Positions 35,610-43,753 of a stretch of 64,000 nt of DNA are shown here, piece after piece. A program made the position numbers and the translations under genes. Position 1 is the stretch's first letter. Each line of letters opens with the position of its first letter. The stretch is from positions 32,001-96,000 of the IMG/VR virus record IMGVR_UViG_3300030390_002309; one strand, 5' to 3'. The notes beneath the pieces are model-generated. The model did no database searches, was not told where the DNA came from, and saw only the letters and a program-made list of their open reading frames with translations. The stretch is from a virus.

Positions 35610-35755
35610 ATTTCAAATCCCAAATTAAATATCATAAATCTAAACTTAGACTTTTCCCATTTTAATTCTAATATTGTAAAAGTACCTAACCTAAATTGTA
35701 AGTAATACTTTTCTTTTTTATTGCCGGCATCAAAACCGTTAATCCAATTAATCAT
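35606..35755 (-). CDS. Small hypothetical protein (49 aa, MINWINGFDAGNKK...), not in ORF track
   Basis: Translated by hand; ATGA overlap. Confidence 0.65.
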   Translation of the reverse strand: MINWINGFDAGNKKEKYYLQFRLGTFTILELKWEKSKFRFMIFNLGFEI

Positions 35756-35758
35756 AAC

Positions 35759-36148
35759 TTATCCCTTAAATATTTGTTTTTTACCTCCATGGTATTCATA
35801 GGCATGACCTTCAATCTTCAGTTGTTCATTTACACACATCTGCTCACCATTTACATCTTCTATAAAGATCTCTCCTAGTACTCTACCATATTTACCTACG
35901 CCATGAGACTTAAGTCTAAAGTAGCCAGGTTTAGAACTTACTGTTTCAATAAGTTCTTTGTTTCTTGCTTTTGCTGCTAAGCCTTTTTTCTTTTCATCTA
36001 AATCTCTAGTTCTAGACTCCCAAGTATCAATTCCCATATATCTGATTCTTCTCTTTATCCAGATATCGAAACCTACATCAATCATAGCATCGATAGTATC
36101 ACCATCAACAACTCGATCTAATTTTGCTCTATAAATATACTTGTCCAT
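35759..36148 (-). CDS. Thermonuclease (SNase-like) family protein
   Basis: RVVDGDTID, RIRYMGIDTWESRT, GKYGRVLG; start re-picked at MDKYIY. Confidence 0.88.
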   Translation of the reverse strand: MDKYIYRAKLDRVVDGDTIDAMIDVGFDIWIKRRIRYMGIDTWESRTRDLDEKKKGLAAKARNKELIETVSSKPGYFRLKSHGVGKYGRVLGEIFIEDVNGEQMCVNEQLKIEGHAYEYHGGKKQIFKG

Positions 36149-36149
36149 G

Positions 36150-36491
36150 TTAACAGCAACTCCCATCTGGAGAACATGTTGCACTATTTACTTTACAAGC
36201 TTTACATTTACATACTTGCCAATATGCCCATGCCGCTGCTGCTAAAAGAAATGCTGTACCTGCTATAACATTAATGCCAAATAAACATCCAGCACCTATT
36301 GCTAATACATATCCACCATAACATTTGATATAACATAATATCATATCATACAATGATTTATTTTCTTTATACTCTGCTACAATCTTTTCATCTAATTGTG
36401 TTTTATCTAAAACTTTCTTAACAACTTTCTTTGCAGTCTTTTTAACCGCTGCTTTTTTAGTTGTTGCCTTTTTTGTTATTTTCTTAGCCAT
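36150..36491 (-). CDS. Membrane protein with histone-H1-like K/A/T-rich N-terminus and Cys-rich tail
   Basis: KKATTKKAAVKKTAKK, two TMs. Confidence 0.65.
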   Translation of the reverse strand: MAKKITKKATTKKAAVKKTAKKVVKKVLDKTQLDEKIVAEYKENKSLYDMILCYIKCYGGYVLAIGAGCLFGINVIAGTAFLLAAAAWAYWQVCKCKACKVNSATCSPDGSCC

Positions 36492-36514
36492 TTTAATTTT
36501 CCGTTATATTAATA

Positions 36515-36880
36515 TTAATCTTCAGGTTCATAATGATACTTCAATGTAACCTTTTTTACTGCTTTTCCTTTTGATGTACCGTCTGCTAACAATTCTGATG
36601 GCACAATGTTATCTGGAGTTTCATACCAATATGCTATTTCATATCCCTTTCCATCTGTCCATGTAACTGTTAATCCTCTTGTATCTTCTGCATCTGCTTG
36701 CAATACTATAGTTTCTTTTGCTGGTAATATCATGTCAATAGCTTTCTTGCCAGCCTTTTCTGAATTACCTGTTTCTTGATTAAATACTTTCTTTGGAATT
36801 TCTTCCCACCCTGAGCCTTTAAGTAAGTCTTTTAGTTTTGGTGTTTTGTATTTTAGTGAATTTTTATTTGCGTCTGCCAT
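36515..36880 (-). CDS. Hypothetical protein (PKLKDLL motif)
   Basis: ORF in gene string. Confidence 0.65.
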   Translation of the reverse strand: MADANKNSLKYKTPKLKDLLKGSGWEEIPKKVFNQETGNSEKAGKKAIDMILPAKETIVLQADAEDTRGLTVTWTDGKGYEIAYWYETPDNIVPSELLADGTSKGKAVKKVTLKYHYEPED

Positions 36881-36881
36881 T

Positions 36882-37640
36882 TTATTCCTCTTCTGAACTG
36901 CCTATTGCAGTTATTGGTTCTAATTGATCTGTTGTTTTAGTTAAACTATCTCCGGGTCTATATGTTGATCCTGAATTCATTACTGTATAAATTGCAACTG
37001 TACCCATATCATTAGGCAATTCCATTACCTTTTTAACTACTCCTATTGACCCATGATGTGGACATGATGAATTTTTATTCTTAACTATATCACCTACGCC
37101 AAATGTATAATGATGATCTTCATTAACCATTTCTTCTACAGGTTGTGCCTTAGCTGCTTTAATTTTTTCTTTTGATTTCTTGATAGTATTCTTCATTGCT
37201 GCTTGAGCGGCTTTAAATTTAGCTTTTGCTGAATCTATTTCTGCATTAGCCGAATCCATCTCTGCATCTACTTCTTCTTGACTAATTTCTGCAAGTATAT
37301 CTTTAATAGATGGCATTACAGATTCTTTTGGTAATTTATCTGACTCTTTATCCTCTTCTGCATCTGCCTCATCTGATTCAGGTTCATCTGTAGCACCCAT
37401 TCCTTTATTATATTGATCTAATTCTATAACATTATTATTTACTAGTAAATGTTCAACTGCAAAATAATCAAACTGTTGCATTTCACTATCTTCATCCATA
37501 CCAAAACCATATGTAGGATCTTCTACATCCTCTGATTCAGTTATGATTAGATATCTACCATTAACATACACTTTAACTGGTACGCCTGTTAGAACAAATT
37601 GTCCTATTATAACATTATTAAATACTTTTGCTGGTTCCAT
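36882..37640 (-). CDS. Multi-module hypothetical protein (internal SIKDILAE; C-terminal SH3-like GDIVKNKNSSCPHHGS module)
   Basis: ORF; modules separated by xxE sites. Confidence 0.65.
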   Translation of the reverse strand: MEPAKVFNNVIIGQFVLTGVPVKVYVNGRYLIITESEDVEDPTYGFGMDEDSEMQQFDYFAVEHLLVNNNVIELDQYNKGMGATDEPESDEADAEEDKESDKLPKESVMPSIKDILAEISQEEVDAEMDSANAEIDSAKAKFKAAQAAMKNTIKKSKEKIKAAKAQPVEEMVNEDHHYTFGVGDIVKNKNSSCPHHGSIGVVKKVMELPNDMGTVAIYTVMNSGSTYRPGDSLTKTTDQLEPITAIGSSEEE

Positions 37641-38498
37641 TTATTTCCCTATTATCTTACTTAATTTAATTCTTCCTTCTCCAAAAGGTTCATCAAAATT
37701 AATTGTTCCTTGTGATAAAGCTTTATTAACATCTCCTTGTGGTGCTCCGGAAAAATCTGCTTGTGGCATTATCTTTCTAGGAAATGTACCTTTCATTGAT
37801 TTAATTTCCTTATGGGCTACACCTATTTCAATTGCAATCTCAGCTGCATCTGGTAAAGCTCCGTTAGTATATTTATTAAACTTTTCTATTGCTGATTCAA
37901 TCATATTATCTGCTACATAATTTTCAACTTCATCTGTACCTGTTGCCATTAAATCTTGTCCTTCAAAGTCTTTAGTAAGTACTTTACCTGCCTTTGCTGC
38001 AATAGCCATTTGCATTATTCTCAAAGCACCTTCTGCACCTTGACCTGTAGGTACTTCCATAATATCACACATCATTTTTGCATTTCTATTTGTCATAAAA
38101 CATGAAGACCATCTATGATGTCCATCTAATATAAAAATCTTTCCTCCTACTTTTGCACACAATACTGGTGAACCTGGAGGTGGACCTAATTTAACTGGTG
38201 ACTTAAAACATGAATCAATTACTTTAAATTTATCATATACTAAATCATCTAAACTATTGCCAAATCCTATTTCTGCCTGAGTTGGAAACATTTTAGTACA
38301 TGACATATTTGCTGTTGAAAATTTAACTACTTCATCTTTAGGTTGGCCATCTTCTGCACCTTTAGATAATAAAGATTGCATATCCTCATCTGACGCTAAT
38401 TTTTTTAACATACTAACTGATTGAGCTAGATTTGCAGACGCAACCTTTTTTATATCGTCAGCAGGTGCTTCTGATAATAATGATTTTAATTTTAACAT
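37641..38498 (-). CDS. ParB/Srx-fold protein with KLKSLLSE leader
   Basis: PTQAEI...ILDGHHRW. Confidence 0.75.
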   Translation of the reverse strand: MLKLKSLLSEAPADDIKKVASANLAQSVSMLKKLASDEDMQSLLSKGAEDGQPKDEVVKFSTANMSCTKMFPTQAEIGFGNSLDDLVYDKFKVIDSCFKSPVKLGPPPGSPVLCAKVGGKIFILDGHHRWSSCFMTNRNAKMMCDIMEVPTGQGAEGALRIMQMAIAAKAGKVLTKDFEGQDLMATGTDEVENYVADNMIESAIEKFNKYTNGALPDAAEIAIEIGVAHKEIKSMKGTFPRKIMPQADFSGAPQGDVNKALSQGTINFDEPFGEGRIKLSKIIGK

Positions 38499-38544
38499 GA
38501 TATATCCCTTAGTCTTTATTTTAATATAAATATGCTATTGCTAC

Positions 38545-38895
38545 TTATTTCCAAAGAATTTGTATGGCAACTAATGCTATGGCTAATATTAATGAAACTA
38601 TTGTTTTAGCCGAAAATGATTCTCCTAACATGAGCCAAGTTAATATTGCAAATACTATCATTCCTAAACTAAATCCTACTAATCTTCCAGGCCATAATAA
38701 TCCTCCAAAACCAGCTACCATATATTTGGTTGATAATATTAACAAATAGGATACCGGTGCTCCTAGGAGTGCTAATAACATTGGATTGTCCGAAAACCAT
38801 TTCCATATAAATTGTCCATTGATTTGAAACCATATGAATATATGTGTTACAAAAAATAACAACATACCTACTACTAAACTATATACATTTACCAT
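38545..38895 (-). CDS. Four-TM DMT/SMR-like membrane protein
   Basis: Four TMs, C-terminal GE.FS.KT pattern. Confidence 0.65.
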   Translation of the reverse strand: MVNVYSLVVGMLLFFVTHIFIWFQINGQFIWKWFSDNPMLLALLGAPVSYLLILSTKYMVAGFGGLLWPGRLVGFSLGMIVFAILTWLMLGESFSAKTIVSLILAIALVAIQILWK

Positions 38896-38899
38896 AACT

Positions 38900-39457
38900 T
38901 TATCTTTTCCAGTTTCTGAAGGCATGTACTATTTCTTCATCTACTGATTCTTGTTTAACTTCTTTTTTTACTCTCACTTCCGTTGGACTCATTACTTCTA
39001 ATATCTCTAATATTTGTCTATACTGGCTACCTGATATTGATTCATTATCTAATGCTGTAGTAACTTTTTCTATAGCATATTGTTTATCATGGTCTAACCA
39101 AATTACAGCTTCTCTTAAAGCCTTTTCAAAGTGTTCTTTGGTATATAATGGTATCTGTCTTATATTGGAATCTAATGATATTTTACTCGAAGATCCTTCA
39201 TTTCTACTACCTCTATATAACATAGAACCAAATCCTGTTCTACCCTTGCCTTCTAATCGTTGTAAATACTCTTTTGTATCTTTATTCTTAATAACTTCTA
39301 TTTCTGAATATGTTGTTTTACCTGTGATGATTGTTCTTACCATATTTTGTTCCGTAGAAGAACATTCTACACATTCTATAGTTTCAGGTAATATTTTTAA
39401 TCTAGCAATTGGAATTGGAGTATTACATTTGTGACAATCTCGTTGCATCTTTCTCAT
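38900..39457 (-). CDS. DksA/TraR C4-type zinc-finger protein
   Basis: CHKCNTPIPIARLKILPETIECVECS. Confidence 0.8.
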   Translation of the reverse strand: MRKMQRDCHKCNTPIPIARLKILPETIECVECSSTEQNMVRTIITGKTTYSEIEVIKNKDTKEYLQRLEGKGRTGFGSMLYRGSRNEGSSSKISLDSNIRQIPLYTKEHFEKALREAVIWLDHDKQYAIEKVTTALDNESISGSQYRQILEILEVMSPTEVRVKKEVKQESVDEEIVHAFRNWKR

Positions 39458-39471
39458 TTTTTAATTATATA

Positions 39472-39503
39472 TAAAAATAAGAAATTTATTTCAATTAGGC
39501 AAA
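39472..39503 (-). promoter_or_regulatory. Early promoter (TTTG-N20-TATTTTTA)
   Basis: Repeat family member. Confidence 0.7.
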
Positions 39504-39519
39504 TCTTTTTGAAGCTTTT

Positions 39520-40320
39520 TTACTTCTTTTTTCCTCGCCTCATATTCAATTGCCATCTAGCCATCCGTCCTTTTTCTCCTTTTGACTTTGCTAATTTAGC
39601 TAATTGAGTTAATGTAGCTCCTTTTGGAATGCCTACTCTTTTAGATATACCCTTTCTGCCAGGATTCTTTCCATCTGCAAAGTTTTCATTAACCGGTGTA
39701 TTATCATGACCACATTTATGGCAGTTATATAAATCATTCCCCCCAGATGCTATAGTCCATGCCCATTTACAATTATCGCAAATAATATGAGTATCTGTTT
39801 TAAGCTCATCTAATTCATCAAATGGTTTGAACTCTGAAGTTCCTAATTGATAATGATCCGGTTTATGTCCTCTTGATAGTTTTGAATGGTAATCTATTTC
39901 GTTCATTGATGAATATTTTTTCCAATCCTTTTCTGCATTCCTAGCTTCTATCTCATGAGGATTGTTATCATAACCCTTTTCTCTATATCTTATATATTCA
40001 TTATGATCTTGATGAGTATGTTCAAATTCATGTAGTACACTTCTGATAACATCTTCTTCGTTTTTCATATTAGTGTAATATATGTAAATTATATTATCTT
40101 CATACACCCATTGTGCTTTTGTTGTATCACTATCTTCGCCTGTCATATCATCAATACCACTTAATCTAGCATAAATATCATGATGTAATTGTATTTTTGG
40201 AATTCCTTGTTTGCCCTTCCCTCTATCTTGAACAATTTGAGGAAATATTTTATCTACAATTGACTGTACTTTGTTTTTAGATAATCCTTCTGATAATATG
40301 TCTTTTAATTTTATCGCCAT
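39520..40320 (-). CDS. Mosaic putative head-cargo protein: KLKDILSE leader, HExxH zincin-like domain, zinc ribbon, basic tail
   Basis: LHEFEHTHQ...NPHEIEA; CDNC..CHKC; ENFADGKNPGRKG. Confidence 0.75.
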   Translation of the reverse strand: MAIKLKDILSEGLSKNKVQSIVDKIFPQIVQDRGKGKQGIPKIQLHHDIYARLSGIDDMTGEDSDTTKAQWVYEDNIIYIYYTNMKNEEDVIRSVLHEFEHTHQDHNEYIRYREKGYDNNPHEIEARNAEKDWKKYSSMNEIDYHSKLSRGHKPDHYQLGTSEFKPFDELDELKTDTHIICDNCKWAWTIASGGNDLYNCHKCGHDNTPVNENFADGKNPGRKGISKRVGIPKGATLTQLAKLAKSKGEKGRMARWQLNMRRGKKK

Positions 40321-40556
40321 GGTAACATTGTCAATCCTACTTTATTTAATACGAACTCCATAATCACTACAAAGGTTATTCCGCCTACTATTTGCCAACA
40401 CCAATACTTCCAACCAGTTAAACCTTCTTGCCATTTACGAAACTTAGTTTTCTTTGACCATTCGTAAACTCCTAACTTGGTATTAATTTTATTAGCATAC
40501 CAACCTGGATCGAATAGGTTACCAAACATTATTAATAATTTACGTATCATTCCCAT
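40311..40556 (-). CDS. Trp-rich membrane protein
   Basis: C-terminal TM. Confidence 0.65.
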   Translation of the reverse strand: MGMIRKLLIMFGNLFDPGWYANKINTKLGVYEWSKKTKFRKWQEGLTGWKYWCWQIVGGITFVVIMEFVLNKVGLTMLPWR

Positions 40557-40735
40557 TGCCTATTGAATCTATCTCTTTGGTCTTGTATAACATATTCTAC
40601 TATATCATGTTTACCACAATGAGGACATGTAAGTTTTTCTATGTTTGATGCTTCATTTATTTTCCATTCACCCGCACATTTATTATTACTACATTTGTAG
40701 ATATATGTATGGCGTATGAAAATTTTATGAGGCAT
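40547..40735 (-). CDS. Zinc-ribbon protein
   Basis: CSNNKC...CPHCG. Confidence 0.7.
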   Translation of the reverse strand: MPHKIFIRHTYIYKCSNNKCAGEWKINEASNIEKLTCPHCGKHDIVEYVIQDQRDRFNRQWE

Positions 40736-41160
40736 TATTTTTTTAACATATTCTTAACCGAATCAGGCCCTGCCCACATTCTACATGACCAATATCCTGC
40801 TTTAGTTCTATCCTTTTTTTGATCACATTTATGTCTTGCTTTGAAAGATTTTCTTTTCTCTGGATCTTTTGTTTTAATACTTAAACCTGTACCATCACCA
40901 AATGTTACTTTCTTTACCTTATCTCCATCTTTAACATATACTTGGAATTTCTTATCTCCGGATATTCTAGATACTTTACCAATCTTTACTTTTCTTCCTT
41001 GGTATTCTGCTTCTAGGAACATTACTGGCTGACTATGTTCCCACATTTCAATTCCTAATGATTCACTCACCTTAACACATTTATCCTTACCATTTTCAGT
41101 ACCGGCGTATCTATAACCGTTCCAACATGCTTTTCCATCTATACCTTTTTTCTTTGCCAT
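40735..41160 (-). CDS. Conserved phage protein (DUF6321-like; KKVTFG...SFKARHKC...AGYWSCRMW)
   Basis: Motif recognition; N-terminal CWNGY module. Confidence 0.7.
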   Translation of the reverse strand: MAKKKGIDGKACWNGYRYAGTENGKDKCVKVSESLGIEMWEHSQPVMFLEAEYQGRKVKIGKVSRISGDKKFQVYVKDGDKVKKVTFGDGTGLSIKTKDPEKRKSFKARHKCDQKKDRTKAGYWSCRMWAGPDSVKNMLKK

Positions 41161-41164
41161 AGTA

Positions 41165-41902
41165 TTACCTTATTAATTTTGTTATAAATTTAACTCTAGG
41201 ATATCTTCTTAACATATTATTTACGGCTCTAATATTTTTAGGACTATCATCCATAAAATATACTGTATCATATCCTTTTTTAATTTGTTTTTCTATCCAA
41301 TCTGCTTTATGAATTGGGTTTGAACTTCCTAATGGAACTACATACGCATCCATGCCAATTGTTTTTAAGAAACTAGTAACTGGAAGTCCTATTCTTCTTG
41401 CAGTTAATATAGTTACCTTTCTAGCTCCTTTTGCAGAACGACTAGCTTTATCTAATTGCTTCCTTAACAAAGCTGCATTTTGTTTTATTAGTCTAGGATT
41501 TTGTAATTTCTTATCAAAATCTTTAAAATCAAATTGTTCGTCTGGTTTGGGTGTATATGTTGCAAACTCCGCAGGATCTAATTTTTTAATCGTACGACCA
41601 TTACGTGTTACATATATCCAAGCATCAGACTTAGCTAATGTATCATCAAAATCAAATACCGATAATACTTTACGTTCCTTTAATATTTTTGTATTACTTT
41701 CTTTGATATCCGATGGGCTAATATAAAACGTATTACCGTCATGTGTTACGGTATATGAATTAAACATGGGAGTTGGCCCTTGTGTGACAGATAGTATTTT
41801 TACAGTCTCACCAGATTCTTTTAATTTTACCATATCACCAGATTTATATATACTGGCTTTATGTATAACTACTTCGTTTAATATGTTTTTTAGTTTAATC
41901 AT
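41165..41902 (-). CDS. HAD-superfamily phosphatase-like protein with KLKNILNE leader
   Basis: VFDFDDTL, ILTAR, K and FMDDSPKN motifs. Confidence 0.8.
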   Translation of the reverse strand: MIKLKNILNEVVIHKASIYKSGDMVKLKESGETVKILSVTQGPTPMFNSYTVTHDGNTFYISPSDIKESNTKILKERKVLSVFDFDDTLAKSDAWIYVTRNGRTIKKLDPAEFATYTPKPDEQFDFKDFDKKLQNPRLIKQNAALLRKQLDKASRSAKGARKVTILTARRIGLPVTSFLKTIGMDAYVVPLGSSNPIHKADWIEKQIKKGYDTVYFMDDSPKNIRAVNNMLRRYPRVKFITKLIR

Positions 41903-41926
41903 TTTATATAAATATGATATTAGTCA

Positions 41927-42136
41927 TTAATCATGGCTGCAATGATCACAATAACATTTCTCTCTAGGACCTGTTCTTGTAACTTCATTTCCCTTAGTAT
42001 CTTTAACAGTAACTCCTGCTAAGGTTTTTGGTTTAACTATTATATCATCTATAGTTAAATCATTTATTTTACAATTGCAAGTTTCACAATGTTCTGTGAT
42101 TGTTTGTACACCCTTTTTTATGACCAAACGAATCAT
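41927..42136 (-). CDS. Small Cys-rich protein
   Basis: CETC, CYCDHC. Confidence 0.6.
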   Translation of the reverse strand: MIRLVIKKGVQTITEHCETCNCKINDLTIDDIIVKPKTLAGVTVKDTKGNEVTRTGPREKCYCDHCSHD

Positions 42137-42750
42137 TATGATATATCTTTACTTTCAATCAACGTATATGAAAATGAATTACCATGAATCTCACGAGCTG
42201 CTTGACATATATCTAAAAACTCATGCCAATCATCATTGCTACCAATTACTTGACAACCTGCCGACCATTTATCTACTCTGGAAGATTTTCCTCCTGCTCT
42301 GGAAGTTGCTCTATGAATATTAATTCCATATACTCCTTCTTTAACACTCTCCTCGATAAGATCATATTTGCCATCTAAGTTTGCATCTCTATAAACTTTA
42401 ACTGGTTTCTTTTGTCCTAATGCTAAATATTTACCTTGATGTAGTCTCAATTTATGAGATCCTCTATATTGACCAGGCTTTAATATTGCAACACCATCCG
42501 GATTCAATATATTTTCTACCCAATGTGTTCCTGGATCTGTTGTGCATTTATATTCATGATACATCCATTCTCCATCTGCATTTTTATATGAAATAGTCAT
42601 TAAGTCATCGAATGCATTTGTGACTCTTCCATTCGATTTGGAATTTCTAATCCCTATGATATTAACATCATATGATTTATTGTTATTATCATGAAAATAT
42701 TTATAGCCCATTCCTTCGACTATGTTCATGACATCTTCTCTTGTATACAT
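42136..42750 (-). CDS. Putative endolysin (L,D-transpeptidase-like catalytic fold)
   Basis: TTDPG, VYRD, GINIH...WSAGCQV His/Cys dyad; ATATTTAT and AAGGAG upstream. Confidence 0.65.
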   Translation of the reverse strand: MYTREDVMNIVEGMGYKYFHDNNNKSYDVNIIGIRNSKSNGRVTNAFDDLMTISYKNADGEWMYHEYKCTTDPGTHWVENILNPDGVAILKPGQYRGSHKLRLHQGKYLALGQKKPVKVYRDANLDGKYDLIEESVKEGVYGINIHRATSRAGGKSSRVDKWSAGCQVIGSNDDWHEFLDICQAAREIHGNSFSYTLIESKDIS

Positions 42751-42789
42751 CAAAACTCTCCTTTATTAATTTGGTTTATAATAAATATC

Positions 42790-42942
42790 CTATGAGCGCT
42801 GATCTAATGGATTTTTTTTGTTTCGTTTGTTTCTTTTTCTAGAATCTCTTTGAAACTCTTCATTATGGTTATCTTTACGTTTAGGAAACTTCTCCTTATA
42901 AGGCTTATATTCTTCTAGCCTGTCTATTCTAATCTTTGGCAT
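42790..42942 (-). CDS. Small basic protein (50 aa), not in ORF track
   Basis: Translated by hand; fills the gap. Confidence 0.55.
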   Translation of the reverse strand: MPKIRIDRLEEYKPYKEKFPKRKDNHNEEFQRDSRKRNKRNKKNPLDQRS

Positions 42943-42959
42943 TACTCTTATATCTTAAT

Positions 42960-43358
42960 TTAACTTACTTTTTCCCACTTACCATTATTTAATAACTTAA
43001 AGGTTGCAATATATTTTTGTTTCCATTGGTCTGGTTCTATAAGGCTTAAGAATATTTTTTTATTTTTGTTTTCATATAGATAATATGACTTACCAACTAT
43101 TGGCTGAAAACTATAGTTTGCTGCATATACTAGACTTGTCCAATTATATTCATCAATAAGTTTCTTATACTCTTCCTTCAACTCATTTAATTTAGATTCA
43201 AAATAGTGATTTGCATCAGATGCCGAACTCTTGTCTACTTTTAAAGGTTCAAACTTTTGCCCATTTACAGAAGTAGGATATGATTTTTTATGCGCATCAA
43301 ACTCACCTGTATCATAATTATATACTATATTATCTGGATATTTCTTTTTTATAGACAT
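42960..43358 (-). CDS. DUF2452-like protein
   Basis: YPTSV...FQPIVGKSYYLY...FLSLIEPDQW. Confidence 0.75.
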   Translation of the reverse strand: MSIKKKYPDNIVYNYDTGEFDAHKKSYPTSVNGQKFEPLKVDKSSASDANHYFESKLNELKEEYKKLIDEYNWTSLVYAANYSFQPIVGKSYYLYENKNKKIFLSLIEPDQWKQKYIATFKLLNNGKWEKVS

Positions 43359-43504
43359 CTACTTTGTTTTATAAACTATTTCTTTTATACATTTCAATAT
43401 CTTCCATTAGATAGTGCATATACAATACAGCCTTTTGATCATCACCTGCTTTAATAAATGTAATAACTTCTTTCATGCGGTCAATTATTTCTTTACCATC
43501 CATA

Positions 43505-43753
43505 TTACTCTTGTATTCTAACTTTAAGTTTTTTAATTTTTCCTAAAAATCCTTCAATTGAATGGGACTTTGCTTTTTCATCTTTAATAATAATATGTCC
43601 TAGGACTTCATGATTCTGATCTACTGCATTTAATAATATGTTAAAGCCTTTACGTGCCCAAAATACTCCAAAGCCATTATCATCACCTAATTGATTTATA
43701 TCATTAACTGTATCGGCTTCTGTATTGCCTGGGTATAAAATATAATATCTCAT
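43505..43753 (-). CDS. Hypothetical protein (start MRYYILYPG)
   Basis: ATGA coupling to the upstream dehydrogenase. Confidence 0.65.
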   Translation of the reverse strand: MRYYILYPGNTEADTVNDINQLGDDNGFGVFWARKGFNILLNAVDQNHEVLGHIIIKDEKAKSHSIEGFLGKIKKLKVRIQE

